Of a stretch of DNA of 64,000 bases, positions 24,251 to 37,446 are shown piece after piece. Made by a program: the position numbers and the translations under genes. This stretch comes from Octopus vulgaris. Its lineage: Eukaryota. Position 1 is the stretch's first letter; each line of letters begins with the position of its first letter. The notes beneath the pieces are model-generated. The model was not told the origin of the DNA. It was given only the letters and a program-made list of their open reading frames with translations, and searched no databases. Location: positions 24,738,001 through 24,802,000 of the forward strand of contig OX597822.1 in NCBI GenBank assembly GCA_951406725.2. Direction: 5' to 3'.

Positions 24251-26737
24251 ATATTGTGTCTGTCACACAATATAAGAGTGCATGTCTTGATTTCAGTCTG
24301 ATGAAGTGCTACTCCAACATAATCAACCACAGATGCTATATAATTTTTCACATCATGAAATCATTTACATGCAATGATGTTAGAAACGGAGTGGTACAGA
24401 AACAATTGTCCCTAACAATAAAGATGTGCTACATTCACTTTCCATCTTCTTAATTGTATCATCTATCTATATATATATATATATTACACTAATTCATGCA
24501 AAGAGATAAACCACCATCAGTCTTCTTGAATTTCAGTGATTACCCAGTGATTTAGGATGATTAGAGGATTGTAACAAAAGAAAACTTAAGCCTGTGATTA
24601 TGAAATTTACTTTCATAAGTTTCATATTTTATATAATGAATTCAATCTATTAAACTACAAAATGTTAATAAATTCACACAGATTTGGTTTTGATGTTAAT
24701 ACACAATGTTCCAAGCATTCTATTTGCTTTCATGCAGAGAAAGAATAAAGGAAATTCACAGAAATAATATTTACCAACAGAATACAAAATACCAAAACAT
24801 AGTTGATAAGTATGCATTAAAATGAACAATTCCTTTGATGTATTTCCTATCAAATTCATATTCCCACAATATGATTTAAAATGCTGTGAATGCAATAACT
24901 TGATACGTATGTTATATTCTTTCATTTGTTCTAAGCTTCATATGATCAAAATAGCTTTTAATAGTTAAATGATAAACTAGCAAAAACTGAAGATAACTAC
25001 TTTTTATCTTCCAATTTGATGGAAAAAATATGAAATTTAAGCCAATAATCATACGTTTTATCAATCATTAATAATAAATAATTCTCTAGCAATGTTGAGC
25101 AATGTAAAATAAAAGACATAATAGCTTTTATATTTCTATAATAATAAACGCAAAATTCTGTCTGTTCGTCTGAGACCTCTGTATCTCAGTCTACAAGTGC
25201 AAGATAATGACATTTACTTCATTAATTTTATGTCAAGATAAGAACTTTGGGATAAACTGGCCAACAGTTGGAATTCAACTTGGGACTGGACCAATAAAAT
25301 GATTGCATAACAGAATTAATTCTCATCCATCCTTAACCTCTGATCAAACACCACCGGGGCATATAATCATTATAGACATAAGTAAGGTGGCTGAAAACCT
25401 TCCCCTCTCATTCAGACCCCCTACTACAAAATATAAGGATTAGGTATGGACATGATTCTAACAGGGCCAATGTTTCATATGTAAAGAACGCGATGCGAAA
25501 CATCCACTTATAAGTTGGCAATTAGTAAAAATTTACAATAGTTTAAAGCGGCTGAAGACTTTTGCTTAATACTGTACCAGTCAAGTACTTGGGTTGGTGT
25601 AATCAGCTTGCCCCTTCCCCACAAGACTGCTAGCCTTGTGCCAAAACCTGAAACAATTATTAGCAACAATATGGACTTGGGAAACTGCAGTACAGTCAAT
25701 CCATTCAAGAAAGCAGTAACTCTGAATAATATCTGATAAGAGAATAAGGGGACAGTTTAGTCCTGCTACAAACAACCATTCTAGTGGTGATGGTGGTCGT
25801 GGGAGGGGTGACATAAGGATAAAATACACTTGGTTTGTGATCAGATGCACTAAGACCTGTTCAACCCACATCAATACCAAAACACAGACGTATAATGACA
25901 ATGATGATAGTCGTCATTCACAATGAATAAATAGTATATTGTGGAGGAGCTACTCTGTCTTGACACAACTCCCACCTCTCCTCTGCAGTGATTTGCTTCA
26001 CTTTTGTCTTCTATATTAGTCCATTTCCTTTAGTCTTATTACAATATAAATAGTTTTTTCTAAGTAGCAATTTCCATGTGTTTCAAGTATACACAACTCT
26101 GTTTGGCTGGTTGGTTGGTTGGTATCTGACATAATGATTAAATTCTTGTTTTAAGAAATAGGCTATATTATTATTAGTACTAATAGGAAACATAAAATAT
26201 TCAAAATGAGATAGGTAAGTAAGTAGTAAAGTGCTATAACAAAAAAATTTTTTTATTAATCACTGAAAAGTGCTCTTTAATTTGAAATCGAAGAGGCTCT
26301 TAATGAATACAGATTAAACTTATTCGGGTACATCTTTTTAATTGTTAACTAGGGACCACTAGAAACTAAAATAATATCTGTACAACTAATGCATTTATTA
26401 TAATTGCATAATATCAACTACACTCACTGCTCTCAACATAATAGTAATAATAGTGCAATCAAGTAAAAAAGCTAACATTCTGGTGCAAAAAGTTAATATA
26501 ATTTTACAGAAGATGACATTTAATCAAATAAATGATAATTTATATATAAACGTGTGTGGTTGTATAAAACAGACTGGGTTAAACTATGCAGACTACTATG
26601 GACATATGACAATTAAAAAAATGCATATTTATCGGTAAATATATATATATACATAAATAAATAACAATAACACTGTTAATCTTTAATTAGTTGCAGGCAA
26701 AGGCAGTTGGTATGGTATAAGCTTACTGATATCTTAC

Positions 26738-26950
26738 CATCCACACACTGGGGATTACTAAGGTTATTTTGAGACAATGATCGATCACTGCTCGTCTCCT
26801 CACATTGTGGTGAGGGAGCAGAAGTGGAAAATCTACGAATTAAGGAATTTAGCCATGTTTTGGCAGGAGTGTCTTTCTTTATTTCTTGTTCTTTTATAAG
26901 AGAGCGCTGATGCTGTCTTCGCTCCTGCCGTTTTTGCTGCGCATTGAGAT
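26738..26950 (-). CDS. FHOD: FHOD linker exon (213 nt, phase 1->1, probable cassette): LNAQQKRQERRQHQRSLIKEQEIKKDTPAKTWLNSLIRRFSTSAPSPQCEETSSDRSLSQNNLSNPQCVD
   Basis: atgcag|AT...GATG|gtaaga; 71 open codons with coding-like composition in AT-rich surroundings. Confidence 0.8.
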
Positions 26951-27257
26951 CTGCATATCAAACAGTAGGCAAGTAGAGTTAGCAGTAAAAGCACACACAA
27001 ACACAAACAGTAAACAATTCAGATAGTTAGCTGAGAGTTGTGTTATTCAAATTTATACACATACATACACACACATTAAAAAAAAAGGCATGAAAAAAAA
27101 AAAGCAAATGAAAATAACCTCCCAACCAAACTCCATTTCCAAGAAGTCAATTCTAAAATAATATGAAGAAAATATCGTTGACATTTACTGACCTTTTTGC
27201 AAAATAAATGTAATCTGTGACCACAAAGCTTTTAATTTAGATTAACCCCTTTAATAC

Positions 27258-27492
27258 CTATTTCTTTATTACCCACAAGGGGCTAAACATAGAGGGGACA
27301 AACAAGGACAGGCATAGGTATTAAGTCGATTACTTCGACCCCAGTGCGTAACTGGTACTTAATTTATCGACCCCGAAAGGATGAAAGGTAAAGTCGACCT
27401 CAGCGGAATTTGAACTCACAACATAATGGCAGACAAAATACCACTAAGCATTTCGCCCGACATGCTAACGTTTCTGCCAGCTCGCCGCCTTA
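27258..27492 (-). mobile_element. Meta-domain-like SINE, solitary copy with a variant 3' end
   Basis: Same head and central domain as the tandem-array unit. Confidence 0.8.
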
Positions 27493-30431
27493 ATACCCCT
27501 TTAATACCAGTCCACCCATGACTACCTCTGATTCTATGACACAACCTCCCTGTTTAAAGTGATCTAAATTATAAAACATTCCATCAAAATTTGGTGATAA
27601 TTTATGCTCCAAACATCAGCTCAATAATGACAGTTGTTTATTGAGTTCTTTATTATTTTCAATATTAATTTGAATAAAGGCAGAATATTTTGACAAGAAT
27701 ATGGTAACTAAACAGTTAAGTTATTGGTACAAGGTTTAAAATCAAGAGTTTATAAATTACTTATTTTGCCCTTGATCCTCAGTTGGACCAATAATATTTT
27801 CCCTTTAGGAACTAAAGATCACATTACTTCTGAGATAGCATTATTCACTGACATAAGAAGAAAAGCAAATCCAAGCCTTTGCATACTCCCCACTATATAT
27901 ATATATATATATATATAACCCATAGCCTTGTTAATAATTGTTTATTAGAATCAGCTTCATAATGTTTTTAATTTATAAAGCTCATAATTATAATACATAA
28001 GATAGATCAGACATTTAAAAGATCACAGCATAACTATTTTTTTAATAAATATGAAATACTATTCCTAATATTAGTAGAGCTACTAACATAACAATGAGCC
28101 ACTATAGAAGAATATGCTCATAACTGCCAGTTTACAGAAATGTTATGTGTTCTAAACAGAGGAAATTGAAAGGAAATTAGATGATAGATGACGATTGTGA
28201 TGCTTAGCTCCTAGGTCAGACCTAATAAAGCATATCTTTAGACAGAGTCCATCCTTTTCTTGCTGCGATTTGAAAGTGATTTGGTTGCTATTTTTAGCAA
28301 GTCATGTAATGACAGAGAGGTTTAAGTACTTACAAGTGTGCAATTATTATTGCATATAAATACATGCAAAGATATGCAATATTAATTGCATATCTTTGAA
28401 CCCTGAAACTAATATACCTTGTACTTATGGCCAAAAATACTCATGTAGAATTAAGATGACATAACAAAGTCATTCAATAGGTTTACTTTCCAAAAGTGTA
28501 TATATAGAAATTCTCACCTATGTAACATACTACTGAAATATATACTATTCTGACTTCTCAGTTTCTCAGATTATATTTCTAATCAGTTTTAATTATTCAC
28601 ACATTTTTTTTTTTAGTCACAAGTAGTAATAGCACAAAAAAAGCAAAAATCAATCAAGACCAGTCATAGTCAACAACATAAATTAAAATGTTAATTTCAC
28701 ACTTAAAATTCAAAGACATATTTGACAGCAATCAAACATGTCTTTAAAATAGAGACACCAACAGGAACTGAAATTAAACCCTAAGACAAAGACACACTTT
28801 TGATGCTAACACAATAAACATATCAGTAAAAGCAATAACAAATATGTAAAGCTCAATGAAAAGAATCTGCTTCCGACACATGCGCTCCAATAGGTCATAT
28901 ATATCATTAAGAAAGATTTGATTAAAATTATTTCTGCTTAAAGTAAATTGGCTTAGTTTTGTTTATGGCAGCAGATTGCTAAACCCTCACTTTTTTAGGT
29001 CTGATTAGAGTTAAATGTTGGATAACAGTGAATTTTCTATTACACAATAATTTATATGAATATCAATGTATTTAGTTAAGTAACTGTATGTCATTTTTTA
29101 CAGTTAACCACAAAGGATTTGATATAAAAATTGAGTCATTAATATGGACGTATTTTCAAGTCAAATGCAGTCAATAATATGGACATGTTATCAAATCAAA
29201 TTGGGATAACTCAGACTGTTAATCAGAACAGCAGACAGATTTCACTAAAATACCTGCTGTTCAGGTTGAGTAGTACCAGTCAGGTCTATTTGGATAGACT
29301 TATCAGCACAGAAGTTACTAGGTTCAAGTTCACATACAAGATGTGTTTCAAACTGGTCTGACATCACTGGCTAATGAATAATTGTGGGGCAAGCATGTCA
29401 AGTGGCATTCTGTTTTATATTGTGGATGCTATCCTAAAAATTTATGACTGTAGTTTTAGTCTCATCTTTGAAGATGTAAAGAAAATTATTCAGCTGAACA
29501 AACTTTATAGATGTTCTTGTTGGTAAAACATCATAGAATTTGCAAATGGAACCAAATAACAAGAATTTGTGCAAAATTGCCTCACTGCAGATAGGAAAGA
29601 AGAATGTATCATTAACTCTTGTAATACCAATCTGCCAGAGACAACCCATTTCTATGACACAAACTTCTTGTTTTAAAGAGATTTATATTAAGATCTGTTA
29701 AAATTTCATATTTATAAAGACAAAGTTATTTTACTAAATTCTTCATAATTTTAAAAATTAATTGAAAGAAACGCAGTGTATTTCAGATGAAACATGGTAT
29801 CGAATTCAGAAAAAGAGAGCCAATAATTCTATATTGTTCATCCACTTTATACATCAAATAGTTGCTATGCTAACAAGAACAAATGAAGCCAGGAAATATC
29901 AATAGAAAAAGATATTTCTGTAGTAACAGGCCATATATTGTTTACCAATGAAAAATATTACAATTGAGGAAATTCCCACTCTCCTTTTGCATGTTACAGA
30001 ATACTAGCAGATTAACTGATTAAGAGACATTCTTAAACAAAATTCTATCCTAATACTTATGAAGTTCCATAAAGTTGCATTCTTTTTGCAAGAAGCAAGA
30101 TTCATAATACATTGTGTTAAAAGCAAATAAAAGAAAATGCAATATTACAAAGAGAGTATATATTAGTTCTTATTATTATTATAAGCTGAACACACGCATT
30201 TTTACTTATATAAATATACACTAACATATAAATATTAAAGAATTTGCATTCCATATTTGTTGTTTGTAAGTGAAGTAGTTAAGTATTGTAGATTAAAATT
30301 ATAAACCAGCTCCTTGTTTTTTCCTTCTTTTTTTTTTTCTTTTCCCTTTTTGGTGAGGATTAAAATAATTCAGAAAAAATAATCAGCCAATTAGAAAAAG
30401 AATTGCCATTCTTTGACACAACAACACTTAC

Positions 30432-30568
30432 ATATTGATGCTTTCTGTTCAACTGACTGCCGTTTCTTCTGTTGGTTATTTATCATTTCTTTCTCCTTCT
30501 GTTTCTTGTTTCGGTACATAGAAACCAAGTCCTCATCAGGAGCGTCTTCAGGTACAATACGGATGTTT
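30432..30568 (-). CDS. FHOD: FHOD linker exon (137 nt, phase 2->1): NIRIVPEDAPDEDLVSMYRNKKQKEKEMINNQQKKRQSVEQKASI
   Basis: cacag|A...T|gtaagt; needed for phase continuity. Confidence 0.88.
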
Positions 30569-30869
30569 CTGTGTTGGAAGACAAAAGTGATAAATTAGTA
30601 AGAGGGAAAAAAAAAAAATCAACATAATCTAAGGCAGTGCTCCAGCATGGTCACAGTCAAATGACTGAAACAAGCCAAAGAAAGTAAAAGAATAACTTTA
30701 ATTCTTTTAAATCAATAAAGTTGATCAATCAATTCATAGTGTATACAGTTTTTATCTTATCTTAAAATTTAAGAACAGATTAATTGAAATTATAGGTAAA
30801 AATGATGGAAAAATCTGATGAGAAATATCTACATTTTTCATGTCGCCTTGCATGTTGCATGGTAACCTG

Positions 30870-30960
30870 ACTACTATAGCCTCGGGCTGACCAAAGCCTT
30901 GTGAGTGGATTTGGTAGACGGAAACTGAAAGAAGCCCATCGTATATATATATATATATAT

Positions 30961-30993
<33 letters not shown>

Positions 30994-31215
30994 ATATGTT
31001 TGTGTGTCTGTGTTTGTCTCCCCCAACATCGCTTGACAACCGATGCTGGTGTGTTTACCATAACTTAGCGGTTCGGCAAAAAGTGACCGATACAATAAGT
31101 ACTAGGCTTACGAAGAATAAGTCCTGGGGTCGATTTGCTCAACTAAAGGCGGTGCTCCAGCATGGCCGCAGTCTAATGACTGAAACAAGTAAAAGAGTAA
31201 AAAGAGTAAAGAGAG
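30870..31215 (+). mobile_element. CORE-type SINE, 5'-truncated, with (AAAAGAGT)n tail
   Basis: Homology to 19453-19843; CpG-rich. Confidence 0.8.
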
Positions 31216-31904
31216 TGCTGGTATCATGATAAAAAGCATCCAGTGCACTCTGTAAAATGGTTAGCATTGTGTAGGACATCTAATCACAGAAACCATGCCA
31301 AAGCAGACGATGGAGGTTGACACAGAGCTTTAACTTATTGGATCCTGTTGAACCATTTAACCCAAGCCAGCACAGAAGACAGAAGTTAAATCATGATGAC
31401 CACAACAATAGATATATCATTGCTTTGAAATGGACACCCGATTCATAGATGATTGGTTCAAATCTGATCTTTTCTTGCAAGAATCAAATTTGCTTGATAA
31501 TAAAATGGTTCTATTATAGCTAAACCCCAGAGAATTTATTGGTCATGGTAAGGAATCTTAGCAAGATAATCTCATTGTATGAAGCCGGGTATTCTTGAGA
31601 AATTCTTCATCAGGCATTTACTACTGCTATATATAATCAGTAATGGAAAGGGGCCTAGTGGATAGGGTGTTGCATTCATGATTGTGAGGCCTGGCAATGT
31701 GTTGTGTTCTTCATCTCGAGTTGCTCTGCAATCACTTTCCCATCTGACATGTGGCACACCATGCATGCGTAAAGGTGACACTGATTGGATGAAGGGAGTG
31801 ACCTAATGTGCAGCACAAACATTTAATAACTACAAACAAATCATCTCTGCACTTTGTTCAGCAAGAAATTGCAGAACCATCTTTCCCTCAGACTTGAGAG
31901 ACTG

Positions 31905-32228
31905 ACACTCCATCGGTTATGACAACGAGAGTTCCAGCTGATCTAATCAATGGAACAGCTTGCTCATGAAATTAACATGCAAATGGTTGAGCACTCCACT
32001 GACAAGTGTACCCTTAGCGTAGTTCCCAGGAAGATTCAGCGTGACACAGGGTGTGATAAGGCTGGCCCTTTGAAGAACAGGTACTACTCATTTTTGCCAG
32101 CTGAGTGGACTGGAGCAATGTGAAATAAAGTGTCTTGCTCAAGGACACAACACATCACCAGGCATTGAACCCATAACCTTATGATTGTTAGCTGAATACC
32201 CCAATCAGTAAGTCGTACACCTTCACTA
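31905..32228 (-). mobile_element. CORE-type SINE of a second family (also 48575-48885 on +)
   Basis: tgtccttgagcaagacactttatttcac core shared between copies. Confidence 0.75.
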
Positions 32229-32476
32229 CCCGAGAGAGTACCATTATACAATCAGCAGTAAATTTCTTTTATGCTTCAATAAAAGCCATAAACAAATTGG
32301 TTGTATCTAATATTGAGTAATAAACATTATTGTTTTAGTTCTGTGCCAGATTCAATTTAATCATACTTTAAAAAATTGAAGAAAACATTACATCTACAGA
32401 GCAGTCTTCAGAACAGAGTATATTTCATTTGTACTCCTTATATATGTGTAGTTGAAACAAAATTTGAAATACTTAC

Positions 32477-32623
32477 TGCATCTCTTTCATTTTCTTTTCC
32501 TTATACTCTTCAGCACCTTTCATTTTACTCAAAGCAGACTCAGGTGGGGCAAACCTTGGGCTCTTATATTTTGCATATCTGCGGCTCTTTCGTTCTTCTT
32601 CACATGGAACTCTTGGCACAAGT
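32477..32623 (-). CDS. FHOD: FHOD linker exon (147 nt, phase 2->2): LVPRVPCEEERKSRRYAKYKSPRFAPPESALSKMKGAEEYKEKKMKEM(Q)
   Basis: tttag|A...CA|gtaagt; open frame that bridges the neighbouring phases. Confidence 0.85.
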
Positions 32624-33582
32624 CTAAACATTCATATTGAAAAAAAAAAAACAATATAAAATTAATTCAGCAAAGATAACTTAATTTATAAGAAAAAGAA
32701 ATTAAATAATTTTAAGGATGTGTGACAGCATGGTTGTAACCTGATGGCTAGAACCAGTAAAAGAATGAATATAAATTCTCGTTCGAAAGAAATGAAGTTA
32801 TTCTAGTTACTTCACAAAGTTAACATTAAATGTTTAATCAATAACAAAAATCTTTTATTCTGAACCTCCAAAACTGATTAATCCTAAGAATTTATTTTTC
32901 AATTCAGAAAGGTACGTTATTAATTATTCATTACTGATGGTTTAAAACTGAAGAATAAATGAAACCAACACAAAGTAAATGAATATATAGAAATTCCTGC
33001 TGGTATGGCTGTGTGGTGAAGAAGTTCGTTTCTCAACCACATGGTTTTAGGTTCAGTTTCACTGCATGGCATCTTGGGCTAATGTCTCCACCTATAACTC
33101 TGGGCTAGCCAAAGCATTGTCAGTGGATTTGGTAGACAGAAACTAAAAGAAGCCTGTTGTACATATGTATATATATATGTATATATATATATATGTATAT
33201 ATATGTACATATGTATATATATATGTATATATATATATGTGTATATGAATATGTGTATTTGAGTCTATTTGTCTTGACATCACATAATAGTTGTAAACAA
33301 GAGTCCATTGTGTTTAGTATTTTATGGAAGCATGTCCCACAAAGGGGAAATATTGTCTTGCTTGGAAACAGGAAAGGTATTCTTCCATATAAAATCTGCC
33401 TCAACAAATCCAGTCTGGTCCAAGCAAGCACGGGAAATTGGATGTCAAAACGATAATGATAGTAATGATGATGATGCATGCATTTGTTAAAATATTTAAA
33501 ATTACTCTTAATTTAGTCATGATTTTATAAAAGCTTATGAAGTGTTTAAAAAAAAAAAAAATGCACTAGTCACTTCACTTAC

Positions 33583-33644
33583 CGAAGGCTTCCCATTTGA
33601 CTGATTTCAAAACCATCATTGCCATCTTCATGTCGTAAAGCAAT
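33583..33644 (-). CDS. FHOD: FHOD exon (62 nt): IALRHEDGNDGFEISQMGSL(R)
   Basis: cacag|ATT...TCG|gtaagt; LRHEDG motif at the end of FH3. Confidence 0.92.
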
Positions 33645-34123
33645 CTGTGAAAGTTAAGTTCAATGAAATAAAGCATAAATAAAAACTATCACTATAAATA
33701 CAATATATATATATATATATATATAAACACGTATGTGTGTTTGGTTTTAATTTCCAGTTATATGTAACATGAAACAATTATTTAGTTATAAAACAATTTA
33801 TGAGATTGTTGTTCAAAGCTTTCTCCAATTCATCAAATAACATAGCCCAGGTAGTAAGCAGTCAGTGAATGAAGTCTACATTCCTGGGTTCAATACTAAG
33901 ACAATGTAGCTAAATTTTATTTATTTCATCATCAAAGGCAAACATAGTCACTTAATCTGCTAAAAATAGCAGCAAATTCTGCCTCACATTATACACTATC
34001 TTCCTTAGAAAACAAGAAAGGACACATCTGATAATGTCATAAACACAATATTTTTGAAAAATCAACTCTGATTAGAATGTTTTATCAATTTTCAAGGTGA
34101 AAGCTTTCAATCCTACAACTTAC

Positions 34124-34267
34124 ATCATAATTTTGAAATTGCTTCATCAGTTCTTCATCAGTTCCCTTCTTTCTCATGTGCTTCTTCGTGATACGTTCCA
34201 TACCAAGTTCTTCCAGAGCATCACTGACATCATAGAATGTATCTTGATCAGGAATGGCATATAACAC
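34124..34267 (-). CDS. FHOD: FHOD exon (144 nt): VLYAIPDQDTFYDVSDALEELGMERITKKHMRKKGTDEELMKQFQNYD
   Basis: tttgtag|GTG...GAT|gtaagt; PDQDTFYDV motif. Confidence 0.95.
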
Positions 34268-35529
34268 CTACAAAGAAGCAAACAAAACAGTTTTGTAGAT
34301 AAGTGTGTAGATGTGTGTATGTAATGTTTGGCATCAAGAAGGGCATCCAGGCACAGAATATTGCCCAACTCATGCCAGTGTGAAACAAGAGGAAATGAAA
34401 TGGATGAAAATGATTAACCTTCATTCGTGGAGAGGAAAATGTTTTAAATAACACTGTGTAACATAATTTTTGTCCTTGGGTAGCAATTGTTATTTCCTAT
34501 TTGCTTACCCTTAGAAAGTATGCTTTTGTTACAGTTATTCAAATACCAAAGAATCCCTCTCAACACATGACTTTGATGCTCCCCCACTACTTCTGCTCAT
34601 GATCAGAGATGCATATATCATCAGCCACTAAGGGACATGCTCAACTGGTTATGGTCAAATAACTGACAAGCAAATCTGTGGTATTGAGCAGAATATTTGC
34701 TATAATGATATTTCTGCTTCAGCAACACAGCACTGAGTCTGTCTGAGATGTAATGGAAAATAAGTCAGCTTCATTGATGCCCAAGTCACAAAAGTAAAGT
34801 TTGAAGGGAATAGTAGTCATTTCCTTTGATTTCTAGACAGAAGCAAATAGGAAATAATTCTTACTGACCAAAGACAAAATAAATTAAATAAATAGATAGA
34901 TAAAAATTACGTTACATAGTGTAATATTTACATCTACATTACATTTTGATCAGTTTGACCTCTGATCCTCATCAGGTATGTTATTTCTGGAGGTGTACAA
35001 AGTACTAAGAAATATGTCAATGGTCTTATAAAAATATCATTACTTAGTTTATAGGCATAAAGATTCTTAGTTCTTCAAGTTCAACCCAGTACCATGTACA
35101 TATCTGAGAATAAAACACCTAATGATGATCATAGATACATTAAAGACAGAGCAGACATATATAAAAAAGTAGATGTTAGCTCCTAAAATTATGATTACAA
35201 TTATATTGTTCCACCCATGCCTGCATGGAAGGCAGATGTTAAATGATGATGATGATGATGATGATTACAGTTGTTACATTTTAAATTAACATTTTACTGA
35301 TGATAACAGAAATTGAAAAAGAAGTTGTCATTTATATAATAGTTTACATATATAAATACTAAATATAGAAATTATGTAGGAATCAATTAATTACAGATTT
35401 TTGGTTTTGTAAGTTTTTTTCTTTTGTTTCCATTTATAACAAAGTTTTCTCTTGAGCAAACTATGAAATGTGATAGCTATTAGTAACTCTCAAACTGAGC
35501 AACATAAATCAAAAGTCTGGTTCACATAC

Positions 35530-35624
35530 CTTATTTATAAGGGTCATAGCATAATTTAAAAGCTCAGAATCTGACCCGCCTTTTTCATCCAGAATATTCA
35601 TGACGTTTGTCCATGGTTTCGCCC
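35530..35624 (-). CDS. FHOD: FHOD exon (95 nt): AKPWTNVMNILDEKGGSDSELLNYAMTLINK
   Basis: tttag|GG...AAG|gtatgt. Confidence 0.94.
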
Positions 35625-35939
35625 CTAAACAGAGAAAAGTAAGACATAAATAAAATATAAACATCTATGATAGTGATAATTATTTCCAAGGTAGCTATTA
35701 CAGAATAGAAGTTTTTAGACATTTATAAATGAACTTTAATGAACAATATTATTAAAATAAATATCAATGCTTAATATTCAAAGAGGCTTTTGTTTTTTAG
35801 TATATCAAATAATATAAAAAATTTATTTAGAAACTAACATAAAATATATCTAATATCTTTTCTATTTTGATAAATCATTCACAGCTTGAAAATTTTCAAC
35901 CTTTTTGTGTGGACATCAGTCTTATAAAGAAAAGAAGAT

Positions 35940-36864
35940 ATACAGGAACAAGACCTCAAATTTGGATGGAAGGGGAAAAGTCAATTACATTGACCCCAGT
36001 GTTCAAGTGGTACTCATTTCATCGACCCCAAAAGGATAAAAGGCAAAGTCGACCTCAGCAGAATTTGAACTCAGAACGTGACGAGAGACAAAATGTTGCT
36101 AAGCAATTTTCCCAGTGTGTTAATGTCTTAGCCAGCTCACTACCTTAATAACCCTTTCTGTTATAGGCACAAGGCCTGAAAAATTTGTGGGAGGTGTACA
36201 TTCAATTACATAGACCCCAGTGCTCAACTTGTACTTATTTCATTAATCCTGAAAGGATGAAAAGCAAAGTTGACTTCAGCAAAATTTGAACTCAGAACAT
36301 TGATGAAATGCTGCTAAGTAATTTGCCAGGTGTGCTAATGATTCTGCCAGATCATCACCTTAATAATAATGATAATAATAATAATAATAATAAATAAATA
36401 AATAATAATCCTTCCTACTACAGGCACAAGACCTGAAATTTTGGGGGAGGGGACCAGTTGATTACATTGAACCCAGCACTCGACTGGTACTTAATTTATC
36501 GACCCCCAAAAGGATGAAAGACAAAGTTGACTCAGCGGAATTTGAACTCAGAATGTAAAGACAGATGAAATAGCACTAAACATTTCATCCAGCATGCTAA
36601 CGATTCCAGCTTATTGCCTTAACAACAACAACAATAATAATAATAATAACCCTTTCTACTATAAGCACAAGGCCTGAAATTTTGGGGGAGGGTACCAGTC
36701 AATTATATCAACCCCAGTGTGTAACTGGAACTTAATTTACTGACCCCCGAAAGGATGAAAGGGAAAGCCCAACCCTGGTGGCATTTGAATTCAGAACGTG
36801 AAAACAGATGAAGTACCGCTAAGCATTTCGCCTGGCATGCTAATGTTTCTGCCAGCTTGCCACC

Positions 36865-36920
<56 letters not shown>
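35940..36920 (-). mobile_element. Tandem array of 4 Meta-like SINEs, mostly separated by (AAT)n
   Basis: Head-to-tail ~230-bp units. Confidence 0.88.
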
Positions 36921-37389
36921 GGGATAGGGACTTAAACAAATATTATATGTGTTAAACCTATATAAAATTTCTATTTGATTCACCATTTTACCACAGTCTG
37001 TGAATGTTTATAAAGCAATTTGCAACACAAACTGCTAATTACAATGTGAGTCAATTTGAATAATTATTTTTAAGTATAGCTTCTTTATTATGTAAGGAAC
37101 ATTGTAGAAACTTAGAATGTCTTGATAAACATAAACTAAAAATAAGAATAAATAAATAAAAAGAAATTAAATTTTAGTCTGTGACAGCAAATGGACAGCA
37201 GAAATAAAACTAAAAAACTTAAGGAAAAAATAAAGAAAACAAGTGGAGAAAAATGGTTTCACATTGTAAGATTCACAGATTTATGGAAAAATTGACTGAT
37301 GTACATTTTTCCCACGCTGTATAATAAAAAGCCTCAAGTCAACAACCAAAGGCTAAAGGCCTTGACCTAATAGCCTTTATATTCAATAA

Positions 37390-37446
<57 letters not shown>

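Noticed and set aside
33960-33969. MEF2 consensus ctaaaaatag
   Set aside because: Similar ctagaaatagc sequence recurs within a degenerate repeat, and single AT-rich motifs are uninformative here
35940-36920. Regularly spaced repeats that superficially suggest a CRISPR-like array
   Set aside because: Units are ~230-bp diverged SINEs with Pol III boxes in eukaryotic intron DNA; no short repeat-spacer structure and no cas genes
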